Below the pieces are notes generated by a model. It searched no databases. It worked only from the letters and a program-made list of their open reading frames with translations, and had not been told where the DNA came from. Of a DNA stretch of 64,000 nt, positions 12,625-25,730 are shown in pieces (the first letter of the stretch is position 1; each line of letters opens with the position of its first letter). The stretch is taken from contig NC_043009.1 of assembly GCF_006345805.1 (NCBI RefSeq), positions 2,170,001 to 2,234,000 of the forward strand, read 5' to 3'. Source of the stretch: Octopus sinensis. Lineage: Eukaryota. The translations under genes and the position numbers were made by a program.

Positions 12625-13690
12625 TGAGTAAAAGAAAACATTTTGAAACAAGAATTTAATCACAATATATTTCAATAATGCGGAAATTTTATTCATCAAA
12701 TTAAGTACCATTAATATCAACATATTTTTGCAAACGAGTACAAGTTTGTTTATTCCGGTAACATAAAAATCTGGAGTTCTGGAGTTGATGGGCTCTTTGA
12801 ATACATTTTCAACATCGTTTTGATTTTTGAACACCTTCTCTAGCAGGAAATCACCAAGGTGCTTGAAAAAGTAGCAGTCGGTAGTAGAACGGTCTGGGAA
12901 ATAAGCTGGGTGGGGAAGAAATTCATAGCTAAGTTCCCTCAACTTCTGGAGCGTAATTAGTGAAACGTGTGATCGAGCATCGTCATGAAGAATGATTGAC
13001 CCTCTTCTGTTGACCGGTCTGGGACGGAGGAGTAGCAGTTTTTCGTTTATTTTGGCAGTTTTATGGCATTATGTTCCTGCAGTAATGTTTTTTTTTCCGG
13101 GTTTTAAGAAGTTATAGTGAATGAGTCCAGCAGTACATCACTAAATTCGGTTCGGTGCTTCAGTTTGCTCCAACCGCTGCGAAGAACGATTTTTATTATT
13201 TTACAGAACCACTTTTCATCGCAAGTTACAATACGGTCGAGAAATGGATCGGAGAAGAAGCGACGAGTAAAATTCATATCTATGAATTTTCTCATTTTCA
13301 TTCAAATCGTGTGGTTCCGGTTTTCTAACTTTTTTGGTTTTTCCGATCGCATGCAAATTGTTGCAGGCAGTTTTCTGGCTAACTTGAAGTTCTTTTGTCT
13401 GTTCTCGAGTGGTTTTACGTAGATCTTTCTCAATGACGGTCTTTAATTGACCATCATCGATGACAGATGGACGTCCAATATGCTCACGAACTTCAAGAAT
13501 CAGGTCTCCACTATGAAATCGTTTAAAGCATTTTTGAGCTGACCACTCACTGGTCATTTCCTCGCCAAACATTTCGTTGACATCGCGAGCAGTTTCAGCT
13601 GCTTTACGTCCTATTTTGAAGTTGAATGGCAAAATTGCTCGAATATCGCGCTTTGACAATTCCCTTTCAGATGATTGTAACAACGGTGAA
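12625..13690 (-). mobile_element. Mariner (Hsmar1-like) transposase pseudogene
   Basis: KRDIRAILPFNFKIGRKAAETARDVNEMFG (HTH), GRPS, PEPHDL, DPFLDRIVTCDEKW, HDDARSH, LPHPAYFPD..TDCYFF across several frames; frameshifts and deletions; TIR pair not found. Confidence 0.93.
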
Positions 13691-14439
13691 AAAAATAGCA
13701 ATGTTAATTTAGTGATGCATTTGGGCAAGTCTATGTTTGTATTATCAGACAATTTCAAAAAAATATTTAAAAAAATTCAAAACTCTGCAAAATTATGTAT
13801 GTGTGCGCGCGGGTGTATACTAACGTCTGAGAGAAACCAACCTATTGCTCAAAGTGGTTATGTCTGCGAATGAATACTTACGATTCGCAGATACTACGAA
13901 ACAATTCGTTCGGCAGTCTACGAATACCGACGATTGACGAGAAGTTTAGGATAGTAGACTGGCTGATTATATGAATGCCAGTAACACGGAGGTACTGCAC
14001 TGTATGAAACGGGTAAAGTTAAGAAATGCAAAGTAGACAGAGAGCAGGTTTGGAACCGTACATATAAAACAGCGGAAACACATACAGCAAGATATATTTG
14101 CCCAATACTCGAACGGTTCTACCAATCTAATGAGTCATAGCCCAAAATTAGAAGGTGTATCCTGGGTGTTTTGGAACACGATTACGACGACTAATTAACT
14201 TTCGGAAAAAAAAACTTGCTGACAGTTCAAGACTTGCATATTTAATTGCTCTGCTACAGTGTAAATTACATCGCCAAACAAAGCTAAATCTGTATTTACA
14301 GCTATCAATATATCATTTTACAATGTACACTTAACCAAATGAATCAGATTGCAGAAACACGACGTACCCCAGTGGCGGATAGATTTATTTCGATGTATTT
14401 ATGCCCAGAACTAATATTTTAATGAGATGGTTTACATAT

Positions 14440-14745
14440 GTGTATGAGTATACGTATATATACATATATATATACACACATACACACACACATATATATA
14501 TATATACATATGTATATATATATCTATATATATATATATATATGTATATATATGTATATATATATACATGTATACATACATGTATACATACATGTATATG
14601 TATATATCTATGTGTATATATATACATACATGTATATGTATATTATATATATATATATACTCATACATATATAACATTATATATGTGTGTGTGTACGCAT
14701 AGCTATAAACGTATATGCATGCACATACACAGAGGTAGACGATAC

Positions 14746-14795
<50 letters not shown>

Positions 14796-14981
14796 TATAT
14801 ATATAATATGTATATATGTGTGTGTGTATACATATAATACGCATTATACATCAATGCATACACATACTCCTGTACGCGTATATATTTGTCTCAGTAGACA
14901 CTTATACATGTATGCGCATGTGCATATATATGTATATATATATATTTATACACACATAAATATATATATATATATATTTAC

Positions 14982-15032
<51 letters not shown>

Positions 15033-15391
15033 TACATATGTATATATATATATGTGCATCTATGTACCTATCGTCTACCTCTGCGTATGAACATGCATAT
15101 ACGTTTGTTGCTATGCATACACATGCGCGCACATACACACATATATAATGTATATATATGTATGAGTATATATATATATATTATACATATATACATATAT
15201 ATATATACATATGTATATATGTGTGTGTGTATACATATATATACGCATTATACATCAATGCATACACATACTCCTGTACGCGTATATATTTGTCTCAGTA
15301 GACACTTATACATGTATGCGCATGTGCATATATATGTATATATATATATATATATATTTATACACACATAAATATATATATATATATTTAC

Positions 15392-15440
<49 letters not shown>

Positions 15441-15573
15441 TACATATGTATATATATATATGTGCATCTATGTACCTATCGTCTACCTCTGCGTATGAAC
15501 ATGCATATACGTTTGTTGCTATGCATACACATGCGCGCACATACACACATATATAATGTATATATATGTATGA

Positions 15574-15609
<36 letters not shown>

Positions 15610-15692
15610 TGTATATACTTGTATGTATATATATACATAGATATATAAATATACATGTATGTATACATGTATATCTATATGTGTGTATATGT

Positions 15693-15742
<50 letters not shown>

Positions 15743-15746
15743 CATA

Positions 15747-15819
<73 letters not shown>

Positions 15820-15856
15820 GTATATCGGGGTGGGAAGAGAAAACATGACAGTGGAA

Positions 15857-15900
<44 letters not shown>
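14440..15900. repeat. TA-rich mosaic with a ~410-bp tandem duplication and an internal inversion
   Basis: ~14810-15180 repeated at ~15215-15600; 14695-14755 is the reverse complement of ~15050-15115. Confidence 0.85.
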
Positions 15901-15924
<24 letters not shown>

Positions 15925-16597
15925 GAAAATGAAAGAGATAGAGCAGAGGTCGGGGAGAGCAGGATACGGAAATATCTTATATTAAGTAAAATAAAATGTC
16001 TCGACATTTCTTCCGGACTCAGTCAAGACTACGCGGCCATGTCATGAAGTCTTTATTTCAATTTGTAATTTAATCAGATATCATCTGAGATGTTCACATC
16101 AGGCAATATTACGAAAAGAGATTGGTTTGGGAAGATAATAACACTACTTTGTACTAAATTCAAATAATGAAATCTGCGACGTTTTGAAAAGCTGTTATAG
16201 GTCATCTGCATATCTATACAACTAAATCATAGCATTGATGTCCAGTGGCTGCTGGAAAAGATATTCAAACTCACGTCAAATCCCGAGTGGCACACACTGC
16301 TTCAATGTTGATTGTCATTTTCATATCAACTCTTTTATTCAGTTTTCAACGACTGATTAGATGTAATATATTGATAAAATTCCGTTTTTATAGATTCTGT
16401 ACCGTATAGAGAGTCATATAGGTTTAGAGTTGTATATTTTCGATAACGTTATCACGGTGTACTAAAAGTATTAAATGAAGTGATATTTAGTATTAATGCT
16501 GGATATCCTATTAAGCAGTCGGTGAAGCACCCTTTCATTCTGAGATATATTCCAATTTACTCTGCCAAAGTAGTCTGCGGTTACAATTAACTCCTGC

Positions 16598-16687
<90 letters not shown>

Positions 16688-16688
<1 letters not shown>

Positions 16689-17015
16689 CAGTGATCGTAG
16701 GAGCACTAGGAATGATCAAGAAGGGAACCGAAAATTATATGAGAATGATCCCTGGCTTACCATCCCTGCAAGAAGTGCATAAGATTGTCTTAACTGGTAC
16801 ATCACAAGTATTGAGAAGAGCATTGTCGATGTGTGAACTATTACTACTCATGTATTTTAATTTAACTTTATTTCTATCCAAAAAAAAAAAAGAAATGAAC
16901 GAACTAGTGAGTTTAGTTTAATGGCCTACCAATGTATACTATGAGTTTCTTTGCCCTAGGAGTCGGGAAGACAGTCGGCAAGAAATGGAAGCAAATTTGA
17001 AAGAAAAAAAAATGA
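16688..17015 (+). mobile_element. 5'-truncated R4/Dong-like non-LTR retrotransposon (RLE C-terminus + 3'UTR) in (TAA)n
   Basis: PVIVGALGMIKKGTENYMRMIPGLPSLQEVHKIVLTGTSQVLRRALSM; begins directly after (TAA)n and ends in A-rich/(TAA)n. Confidence 0.85.
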
Positions 17016-17029
17016 AAATAATAATAATA

Positions 17030-17070
<41 letters not shown>

Positions 17071-17089
17071 AATAATAATAGTATTAATG

Positions 17090-17176
<87 letters not shown>

Positions 17177-17227
17177 CCAGCAACAACAACAAGAGCAGCA
17201 AGAGCAGCAACCACAACAACAGTAATT

Positions 17228-17738
17228 AGTGCTGTACCACTCAATGTACCACTCTTGTCTACTGATATTAATTGATTGAAAGTGTTAGCATTTACATGTA
17301 TTGTCTTGGTGTGAAAAATGGGTTACAGGAAATATTCTGCTCAATTCCACAGATTTGCTTCACTTTAACCGGTTAAGCCTGTCCCTTCATCGCTGACAAT
17401 ATGTGCATCTCTGATCGTGAGCACAAGTCATGTGATGAGAGGAAATCATTAGGCTTTGAATAATTCACCTCTCAAAACATGAGCGTTTCTTCATCATCCT
17501 TAAACCACCCTTATTCAGCGAGCTTTTGAGTGGGATGGGTCACTGGACTTCAATAAGATTCTAACTGCAAAGTCATACGCAGTTTAACTTGATACGAGTT
17601 CACCATTCCATGCATGTATGGTTGTGATGCGTGCGCCTCGGTGTACCCTTATTAGACGGGTACTCATCGTACTTATATTGGGCTTCGTATATTTGTACAC
17701 TAGTGACATTTTGATGGCATGCATTGTTCTCTCACTCA
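17228..17738. mobile_element. Unclassified ~510-bp TAA-flanked element, older copy
   Basis: Colinear with 17830-18386; shared end GTTCTCTCACTCA(ATA)n. Confidence 0.75.
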
Positions 17739-17794
17739 ATAATAATAATGATAATAATAATAATAATAATAATAACAACAACAACAACAACAAC

Positions 17795-17829
<35 letters not shown>

Positions 17830-17831
<2 letters not shown>

Positions 17832-18385
17832 GCCCTGATGCAGTACCAGGCAGTGGCTCTCATGGCTTCTGATCTTAACTGATTGGAAGTGTTATCATGT
17901 ACATTGTTTTGTCTTGGTATAAAAGATGGGCTACAGCAAATATTCTGCTCAATACCACAGATTTGCTTGTCAATTGTTTGACCTTAACCAGTTGACCATG
18001 TCCCTTAGTAGCTGACGATATGTGCATCTCTGATCACGAGCAGAAGTAGTGGGGGAGCACCATAGCCATGTGTTGAGAGGGATTCTTTGGGGTTTGAATA
18101 ATTCACCTCTGAAAACACGGGTGGTTCTTTCAACATCCTTAAACAACCCTTATTCAGGGACCGTTTGAGCGGGATGGGCTACTCAACCTGAAGAAAATTC
18201 TAACTGGGCCCCACCTGCAAGGTCATGTGCTATTTATCTTGATATGAGATCACCATGTCGCGCACATATGGTTGTGATGCATGTGCCTGGTGTACCTTTA
18301 TCAGACGGGTAGTCATGATGGGTATATTGGGCTTCGTATATTTTACCCCAGTGTCACTTTGATGGCATGAACTGCTCTCTCACTC

Positions 18386-18386
<1 letters not shown>
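17830..18386. mobile_element. Unclassified ~557-bp TAA-flanked non-coding element
   Basis: (TAA)n on both sides; no TIR, ORF or pol III boxes recognised; diverged second copy immediately upstream. Confidence 0.8.
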
Positions 18387-18478
<92 letters not shown>

Positions 18479-18489
18479 AAGAAGAAGAA

Positions 18490-18645
18490 GAAATTCTTTG
18501 AAACCGATGTATCAATTCCAATAGATGACATTGTTCCTCTAAAAGAAACGGAGAAACATTCGAAATACAAAGATGTGGAAATAGATGTAACTCGAATGTG
18601 AAGCCTAAAAACAGAAAGAGTTCCTACTATAGTAGTCTACTGAAT
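18490..18645 (+). mobile_element. Decayed R4/Dong-like RLE fragment
   Basis: TDVSIPIDDIVPLKETEKHSKYKDVEIDVTRM*SLKTE, same family as 23165-23692; followed by (TAA)n. Confidence 0.8.
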
Positions 18646-18688
18646 AATAACAATAATAATAATAATAGTAGTAGAAATAATAATAATA

Positions 18689-18720
<32 letters not shown>

Positions 18721-18759
18721 AATGATGATGTGATGATGGTGACGATGATGATGGTTTCA

Positions 18760-19757
18760 TAATTAGGTACAAAGCTAGTAATTTCGAGGGAGATAGTAAG
18801 TCGATTACATCGACCCGAGTGCTCAACTGGTACTTACTTTGTCAACCCCTAAAGTATGAAAGATAAAGTCGATCTTGGCGGCATTTGAACTGAGATCACG
18901 AAGATAGACGAAATTCCGCTAAGCATTTCGTCCGGAGCCGTAACAATTCTACCAATTCAACGTCCAAGGCACAAGGCCTGAAATTTGGGGCAGGGGACTA
19001 GTCGATTACATGGACCCCAGTACGCAGTTGGTACTTTATTCATCGACCCTATACGATGGAAAGCAGATTTCAACTCAGAACGTAAATGAAGACGTAATGA
19101 CGCTAAGCATTTCGCCCGGGGTGCTAACGCCTCTGCCAGCTCGCCGCCTTAGTACAATCAAAATAATATTTTCTATTCTAGTCACAAAGCCTGAAATTTG
19201 GGGAAGGGGACAAGTCAATTACATCGATCCCACTGACACTTAATTTATCGACCAAGGGAGGATGAAAGGCAAGTCGACCTCGACGGAATATCAAATTAGA
19301 ACGTAACGACAGACGAAATGCTGCTAAGAATTTCTCCCTGCTTGCTAACGAATCTTATTTCTTTACTACCTACAAGGGGACAAACAAGGACAGACAAACG
19401 GATTAAGTCGATTTTATCGACCCCAGTACATAACTGGTACATATTTAATCGACTCCGAAAGGACGAAAGGCGAAGTCGACCTCGGCGGAATTTGAACTCA
19501 ACGTAGCGGCAGACGAAATACCAATTTTTTTTACTACCCACAAGGGGCTAAACACAGGAGGGACAAACAAGGACAGACAAATGGATGAAGTCGATTTTAT
19601 CGACTCCAGTGCGTAACTGGTACTTATTTAATCGACCCCGAAAGGATGAAAGGTAAGGTCGACCTCGGCGGAATTTGAACTCAGAACGTAGAGACAAACG
19701 AAATGCCGCTAAGCATTTCTCCCTGCGTGCTAACGATTCTGCCAACTCGCCGCCTTA
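18760..19757 (-). mobile_element. Cluster of five same-orientation family-B SINE copies/fragments
   Basis: Core AAAGTCGA(C/T)CT(C/T)GGCGG recurs near 18865, 19270, 19472 and 19655, plus a deleted copy at ~18965-19150. Confidence 0.85.
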
Positions 19758-20259
19758 GTACAAGCAAACTAATAAAACATTAAAAGTATACCAACTTTAA
19801 AAAGGAACACACAGTTAATATAATACTAATTACACCGAGTCTGAATATAATTTAAGATGTTTGCTTCCGGAATGATGTTTTTTTGGCTTCTACTTTCGTT
19901 GAAGCAAGGTTCACCTGATACGAAATAACAGTAACTAACATCAAAATACTCATGCCTTTATTACTCCATGATATTATTGCATCAAACAATCTGAACATGC
20001 TTCAATGGAAGTTTGTATTTTGAAGCGATTAACAAACACACGGCGAAATCACGGCAGTGTGAAGAAGAGAAAAATACAATAAATTGCCCAAGAAGAAGAA
20101 GATAAAATATTAATATTCGCTTTCGGTGTGTCGTTGGCTGCAATCACAAACAAGCGCTCCGTGCGATGTCAGCAATGGCTGCTTTGACAACCGTGCCAAA
20201 CACCGGATGTTGGTTTTGAGAGCGTTTCTAGTTAACCGATACCACCGTTACCCTCAGCC

Positions 20260-21390
20260 TCTTCTCCTTCTCCTTCTACTACTACTACTACTACTACTAC
20301 TACTAAAGCTGCTGCTGCTGCTGATACCACTACCACTGCTACTACAGCTGTTGCTGCTGTTGCTAGTACTACTACTATTACAACAACAACAACAGCAACT
20401 ACTACTAACATCCCTACCACCATCATTACCACTACTACGACTAGCAACACCACAACCATTCCAACACCACTACGACCAGCAGCACTACCATATTGACCAT
20501 CACAACAATAACCACCACCTCAATACTATAACACCATAACACTACTACTTCTACTACTACTACTACTACTACTACTACTATACTACTACTACTACTACTA
20601 CTACTACTAATACTAATACTACTATTACTATTGCTACTATTACCACTATTACTACTACTAGTTGTATTACATTCCTTACACTCAGCACTACACTACCACC
20701 GCTACAACTAATATAACCCTCACCCATCACTACTGATCGTTCTCTTACTACTACTGGTGGTGGTGGTAGTGATGGCGATGGTAGTGGTGGTGGTGGTAAT
20801 GGTGGTGGTGGTAATTATGTTGGCTGTAGTGGTGATGATAGTGGTGGTGGTCGTGATGTGGTTGTAATGGATGTGGTTGTAGTGGTGGTGGTTACAATGT
20901 TGGTGGTTGTTGTGATGATGGTGGTAGTGGTGGCGATAGTGGTAGTGGTGATGGTTGTGGTGGTGATGGTTGTGGTGGTGGTGATGGTGGTCGTGGTAGT
21001 AGTGGTGGTGGTGGTGGTGGTGGTGATGGTGGTGGTGGTAGTGGTGGTAGTGGTGGTGGTGGTGATGGTGGTGTTTGTAGTGGTGATGATAGTGGTGGTA
21101 GTCGTCTTGATGTGGTGGTGATGGTTGTGGTGGTAGTGGGGCTGGTTGTAATTGTGGTGGTTGTAGTGATGGCAGTTGTGGTGGTGATATTGGTGTTGGT
21201 GATGGCTGTGGTGGTGGTGATGGCGATGGTAGTTGTGGTACTAGTTGTGGTGGTGGTAGAGGTGGCGCTGGTCGTGATGACGTGGTATTGTTTGTGGTGG
21301 TATTGGTGGTGTTTGTAATTGTGGTGGTTGTAGTGATGATGGTGGTAGTTGTGGTGGTGGTGACAGTCATGGTAGTGGTGGTGTTGTTAC
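20260..21390. repeat. Trinucleotide mosaic (ACT/ACC/AAC left, GGT/AGT/GTT right) with strand switch near 20750
   Basis: Direct reading. Confidence 0.9.
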
Positions 21391-21923
21391 TACGGTGGTG
21401 ATGACACTGCGTGTGGTATGGTTCGAGTGACCCTCGCCTTGCAGCGACGGTTGGCAATGATGCCGTGGCTGCCTGCAACAAAACTAACAAACCTCAACAA
21501 ATCCAATTAGATCCAACGATTCACTGCAGTTGGAACGCTCTTAATTAAGTGCACGTAGTTCAGCAGGAAGTAGCTACCAAATAATGCACCGGTGCACCAA
21601 CGAACTGCACTTTACAGGGGAGTAACTGGTGCTACTGCAGCTAGCGCTGCTGCAGGTGCTGTTCCTGATGCAACACAATAAAACTATTTTGTTCCTGCCA
21701 CTGTTTCCTTTAACAACAACAATAAAAAAAAAACTGCAACAATGACGATGGTAATCTTATCCTCCACCTGTTCTTCCTTCGCCTCATCTCTTCCCCCACC
21801 ATCTCTTCCACCTGCACTACGTCACAAATAACGAAAACAACAATAATAATCCTTGTCTACTATCGGCGCAGGGCCAGGCGTTTTGAGGGATGCAGCCAGA
21901 CGAATTTCATGGACACCAGTGTT

Positions 21924-22330
21924 GGAGTGGCTGTGTGGTAAGTAGCTTGCTTACCAATCACATGGTCCCGGGTTCAGTTCCACTGCGTGGCACCTTCGGC
22001 AACTGTCTTCTACTATAGCATCGGGCCGACCAAAGCTTTGTGAGGGGATTTGGTAGACGGAACTGGAAGGAGCCCGTCGTATATATACATATATATATAT
22101 ATATGTATATGCATGTGTGTATATGTTTGTGTATCTGTGTTTGTCCCCTCAACATCGCTTGACAACCGATGCTGGTGCGTTTACGTCCCCGTAACTTAGC
22201 GGTTCGGCAAAAGAGACCGATATAATAAGTATTAGGCTTACAATGAATAAGTCCTGGGGTCGACTTCTCGACTAAAGGCGGTGCTTCGGCATGGCCGCAG
22301 TGAAATGACTGAAACAAGTAAAAGAGTAAA
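21924..22330 (+). mobile_element. tRNA-derived SINE, family A (near full length)
   Basis: GGAGTGGCTGTGTGGTAAGTAGC...GGTTCAGTTCC head, TTTGGTAGACGGAACTGGAAGGAGCCCGTCG domain, tail GAAACAAGTAAAAGAGTAAA. Confidence 0.9.
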
Positions 22331-22334
22331 TTCA

Positions 22335-23100
22335 GAAACTCTGAAAGGATGAAGTGAAAGTCAATTCCTGGCAACGTTTGAACTCTGAACGCCCTGTCGT
22401 AAGAGGTGTCGCTATGAATTTTATCTAACCTGGTAATTATACTTTTCTTTTCTACTCTAGGCACAATGCCAGAAATTTTGGGGGAGGGAGCCGGACGATT
22501 ATTTCGACCCCAGTACGCAACTTTTATTTATTGTATCGACTCCTAAATGATGACCAATTAAGTCGACATCGGCAGAATTTGAACATAAAACGTTAACGCA
22601 GGTGAAATGCCGCTAAGCATTTTGCCCGGCGTGCTAACGATTCCGGCCAGGAGCACTCCCTCCCAGCTAAGAAGCAAATTACCTCACACGTTCTAGATAA
22701 ATCCCTCTCTATATAAATGCAGCCACACTCACCCAGATATCAGTGTTTACAATAGCATCGCTCCTCGCTTCTTAGCATTTTCATACGCAAAACCTTGTTG
22801 TCCTCTGCCGTTTCTTGTTGAAATTTGAGTGTAACTCATATTAAGTAAAACAATATAATAAAAAAAATAACAACAACATTAATGATTGTCCTTTTTACTG
22901 AAGGCACGAAGCCTGAAATTTGGCAGAGGGGTTAAGTCATTTATATCGACCCCCAGAGTTTCACTGGTTGTTAGTTTTACAACCCCCAAGAGATTAAAGG
23001 CACAGACGATCTTGGCGGAACCTGAACTCAAAAAGTAAAGGCTGGCGAAATGCTTAGCCACATTTCGACCTTTGTTTTATTCTGCTAAGTCACCGCCCTC
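22335..23100 (-). mobile_element. Three family-B SINE fragments separated by unique DNA
   Basis: Family-B core and tail motifs at ~22340-22430, 22445-22650 and 22890-23100. Confidence 0.7.
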
Positions 23101-23149
<49 letters not shown>

Positions 23150-23164
23150 TAATAATAATAATAA

Positions 23165-23686
23165 CAACAGAAAAAAGATGGTATAGGCACACACCAGAAC
23201 AGGTCACAGAAAACGAGAAAGCAACCATACTCTGCGATATGCCAATACACACAGATAGAGAAATTAAGCCCAACTGACCAGATATAGTTGTCAAAGATCA
23301 TGAAGTAAAAAAATGCTTTCTAATTGATGTATCAATACCAGCAGATGACGACGTGTCTCTAAAAGAAATGGAGAAACTTTCAAAATACAAAGACCTGGAA
23401 ATAGAGGTAACCAGAATGTGGAATCTAAAAACAGAAGTAATTCCTATCATAGTGGGTGCATTAGGCATGATAAAAAAATATTCAGACAAATACATAACAA
23501 AAACACCAGGACTTACAAACACATGTAACATACAGAAAATTGCATTTCTAGGCACTGCACACATCCTACGCAGAACACTTTCCATACAGTAACCATCAGA
23601 GCATCACAACAAATCACAGCACATACCCAAGGCACACAGAGCTGCGCTCGGTAGTGAAGTGAAAGCACGCTATAAAAATAAAACTA

Positions 23687-23692
<6 letters not shown>
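23165..23692 (+). mobile_element. 5'-truncated R4/Dong-like retrotransposon (PD..D..EK.KY endonuclease + 3'UTR) inserted in (TAA)n
   Basis: WYRHTPEQVTENEKATILCDMPIHTDREIKPN*PDIVV...IDVSIP...EKLSKYKDLEIEVTRMWNLKTEVIPIIVGALG...LRRTLSIQ*; in-frame TGA at 23275; TAA tracts on both sides. Confidence 0.92.
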
Positions 23693-23736
<44 letters not shown>

Positions 23737-23764
23737 TAATAATAATGATGATGATGATGATGGT

Positions 23765-24140
23765 TTCTCCTATAGGCACAAGCCTTCAAGTTTCACGGGG
23801 TGGGGCTACTCGACTCTATCGAGTCCTGCACAACTGGTACTTATTTTATTGCCCCCGAAATAACGAAAGGCAATGTCGACCTCGACGGAATGAACTGAGA
23901 AAGTAAGAACACACGTTTTATCTTTCCTGCTGACGTTTCTGCCATCCAGTGACCTTTCAATAATCTTTTCTATTCTATGCACAAGGCCCAAAATGTTTGG
24001 GGAAGGGGAGGGGCATTCGATTCCATCGACCCAGTACGCAACTCGACCTCGGCAGAATTTGAACTCAGAACGTAAAGACAGACGAAATACCGCAAAACAT
24101 TTCGCTTGGGGTGCTTACATTTCTGTCAGCTCACCGCCCT
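23765..24140 (-). mobile_element. Two family-B SINE copies (tail 2)
   Basis: GCACAAG(G)CC...AATTT tail and GTCGACCTCG core occur twice. Confidence 0.8.
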
Positions 24141-24150
24141 GTAGCCTTTC

Positions 24151-24194
<44 letters not shown>

Positions 24195-24699
24195 TAATAG
24201 TAATAATTGTGTTACTGTTCTCCACGGCATTGGGAAAAAGTAATTAAGGTTAAGTGCGAAAGAAAATATAAAATATACAGCGATGAATATTTTACCAGGA
24301 TTGAAAGAACCGCGCAGACTATAAAAATAAAAGACACATATTGATAAATTGATAATAAGAAGCAGGACTAACACTACATTAACGCAAAATAAGTCCAAGA
24401 CGGAAAGAAAAGAGTGTTGTATGTGTAAACCTGGTTATAAAAATCTGTTTTGTTCTTATTTGTAATTTGGGAAAAAGATTCGTGGCAAACCATTCGGCTA
24501 CGACGCCGGGTTGACCTGACGCAAAGCCAAAGCATGTGTTTACTGTTAGTTCTTGTTTCCAATATGTAACCATATAACTAGAATAGGTCTTACCAACATT
24601 TTACAAAATTTGCTGGAGGTCATCACCTCCCAATCTACGCTTGGCTGAAGACGGCTTGGTTATGGGAGACACACTTATCCTCAAGTATGTCCATTGGTT

Positions 24700-25000
24700 G
24701 AACTTCGCAGCGTCTCACCCTGCAACCATCAGACAACTGAAGGCCATTCTCTCTTTTAGTGGAAGAAGTATGGACGGTCCTTCGATCATCATGAGAGATT
24801 TGACTGGCTGAAAACAGGGCTTAACACGCATGTGTAGAAGAGAAATAAAAAAAACACTATATATCAGTACTAATGCAAGAACTCTAAATGAATGCCTGCT
24901 GGACGATTTTGTCACAGTTGGTCGTATGGTATCGGACAGGTTCCGATGATAGAGTCACCAACAAGGTCATGTCTACAGAGTTTTATCCCGTAAAATAAGG
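24700..25000 (+). mobile_element. Possible decayed LINE 5' region / start of an APE endonuclease
   Basis: CTATATATCAGTACTAATGCAAGAACTCTAAAT reads LYIST-NARTLN, resembling the I.T.NVRTL start of APE domains; the rest is too decayed. Confidence 0.3.
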
Positions 25001-25486
25001 CACTCTTATAAAACTGGCAGACGAAGGATATTTGGAAAGTCTTCATACCGTCCATCAAAGAATGTTATGTTACAGATTTAAAAAATCGCTTTGAATCCGT
25101 CATCGTTCGTATCCTTCAATAACCATTTATAGCATTTCAGGATTGAATTCTCAATGAGAAGTCAATCCTTGTATACTATATGGTAGTGTTAGTAGAGTTC
25201 TACGATTACCCGGCAACATCCTAGAAACCAAACTCAGACTGTGCTAACCTAAGATCTTGCTTGAAACGGAACAGCATCTCATTCACGGAGACGAGATTTT
25301 ATAAGATATGTTGAACGAACAACGTCTATAATTTTTACCACGACAATGTCTTCCTGGAAAGTGTACATGTGTATAAGATTCACCTAGTGCCGGTCAATCA
25401 TCGGCCTCAGCATCCCGGCTCAGCATCCCAGTTGGTGCTCAATGTAGCTGAGTTCACTGCTGCAACTTGGAAATAGCACACCATAA

Positions 25487-25730
25487 GGGTTTATTTGTTG
25501 CATATTTAGCTGCTATTTTTAGCGTGTCGGATGAACTATGTCTCGCGAGTTTAGTGCAAGAGATATCTGTATTCGTTTCAGAGAATGATGAACGGCACTG
25601 GTCAGGAGTCTTATTCCAAATGTGTTTGCATTCGTACGTTGTTAGAAGTAATGCTATTTCGTTTATATGTCTGAGGTCACCGAGAAATATCACAAACCTC
25701 AGTCAAGTATATATTTGACAATAGCCAAAG
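25487..25730 (-). mobile_element. Old dispersed repeat, possible APE-endonuclease relic (copy 1)
   Basis: Homologous to 29840-30120; minus peptide IFLGDLRHINEIALLLTTY...TPDQ...NTDISCTKL resembles the GDFN...PT...ID..TN spacing. Confidence 0.35.

Noticed and set aside
6835-15745. Numerous YI/CV/TH-rich ORFs here and throughout the window
   Set aside because: Dinucleotide microsatellite translations.
17830-17890. HDV-like ribozyme at the start of the 550-bp element
   Set aside because: Could not build the nested P1/P2/P3/P1.1 double pseudoknot on either strand.
18760-19757. Regularly recurring motifs resembling a CRISPR array
   Set aside because: The units are ~200-bp SINE copies without unique spacers, in eukaryotic DNA.
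20720-21490. 256-aa minus-strand ORF rich in His/Pro/Thr
   Set aside because: Almost entirely a translation of the trinucleotide mosaic; no domain or splice support.
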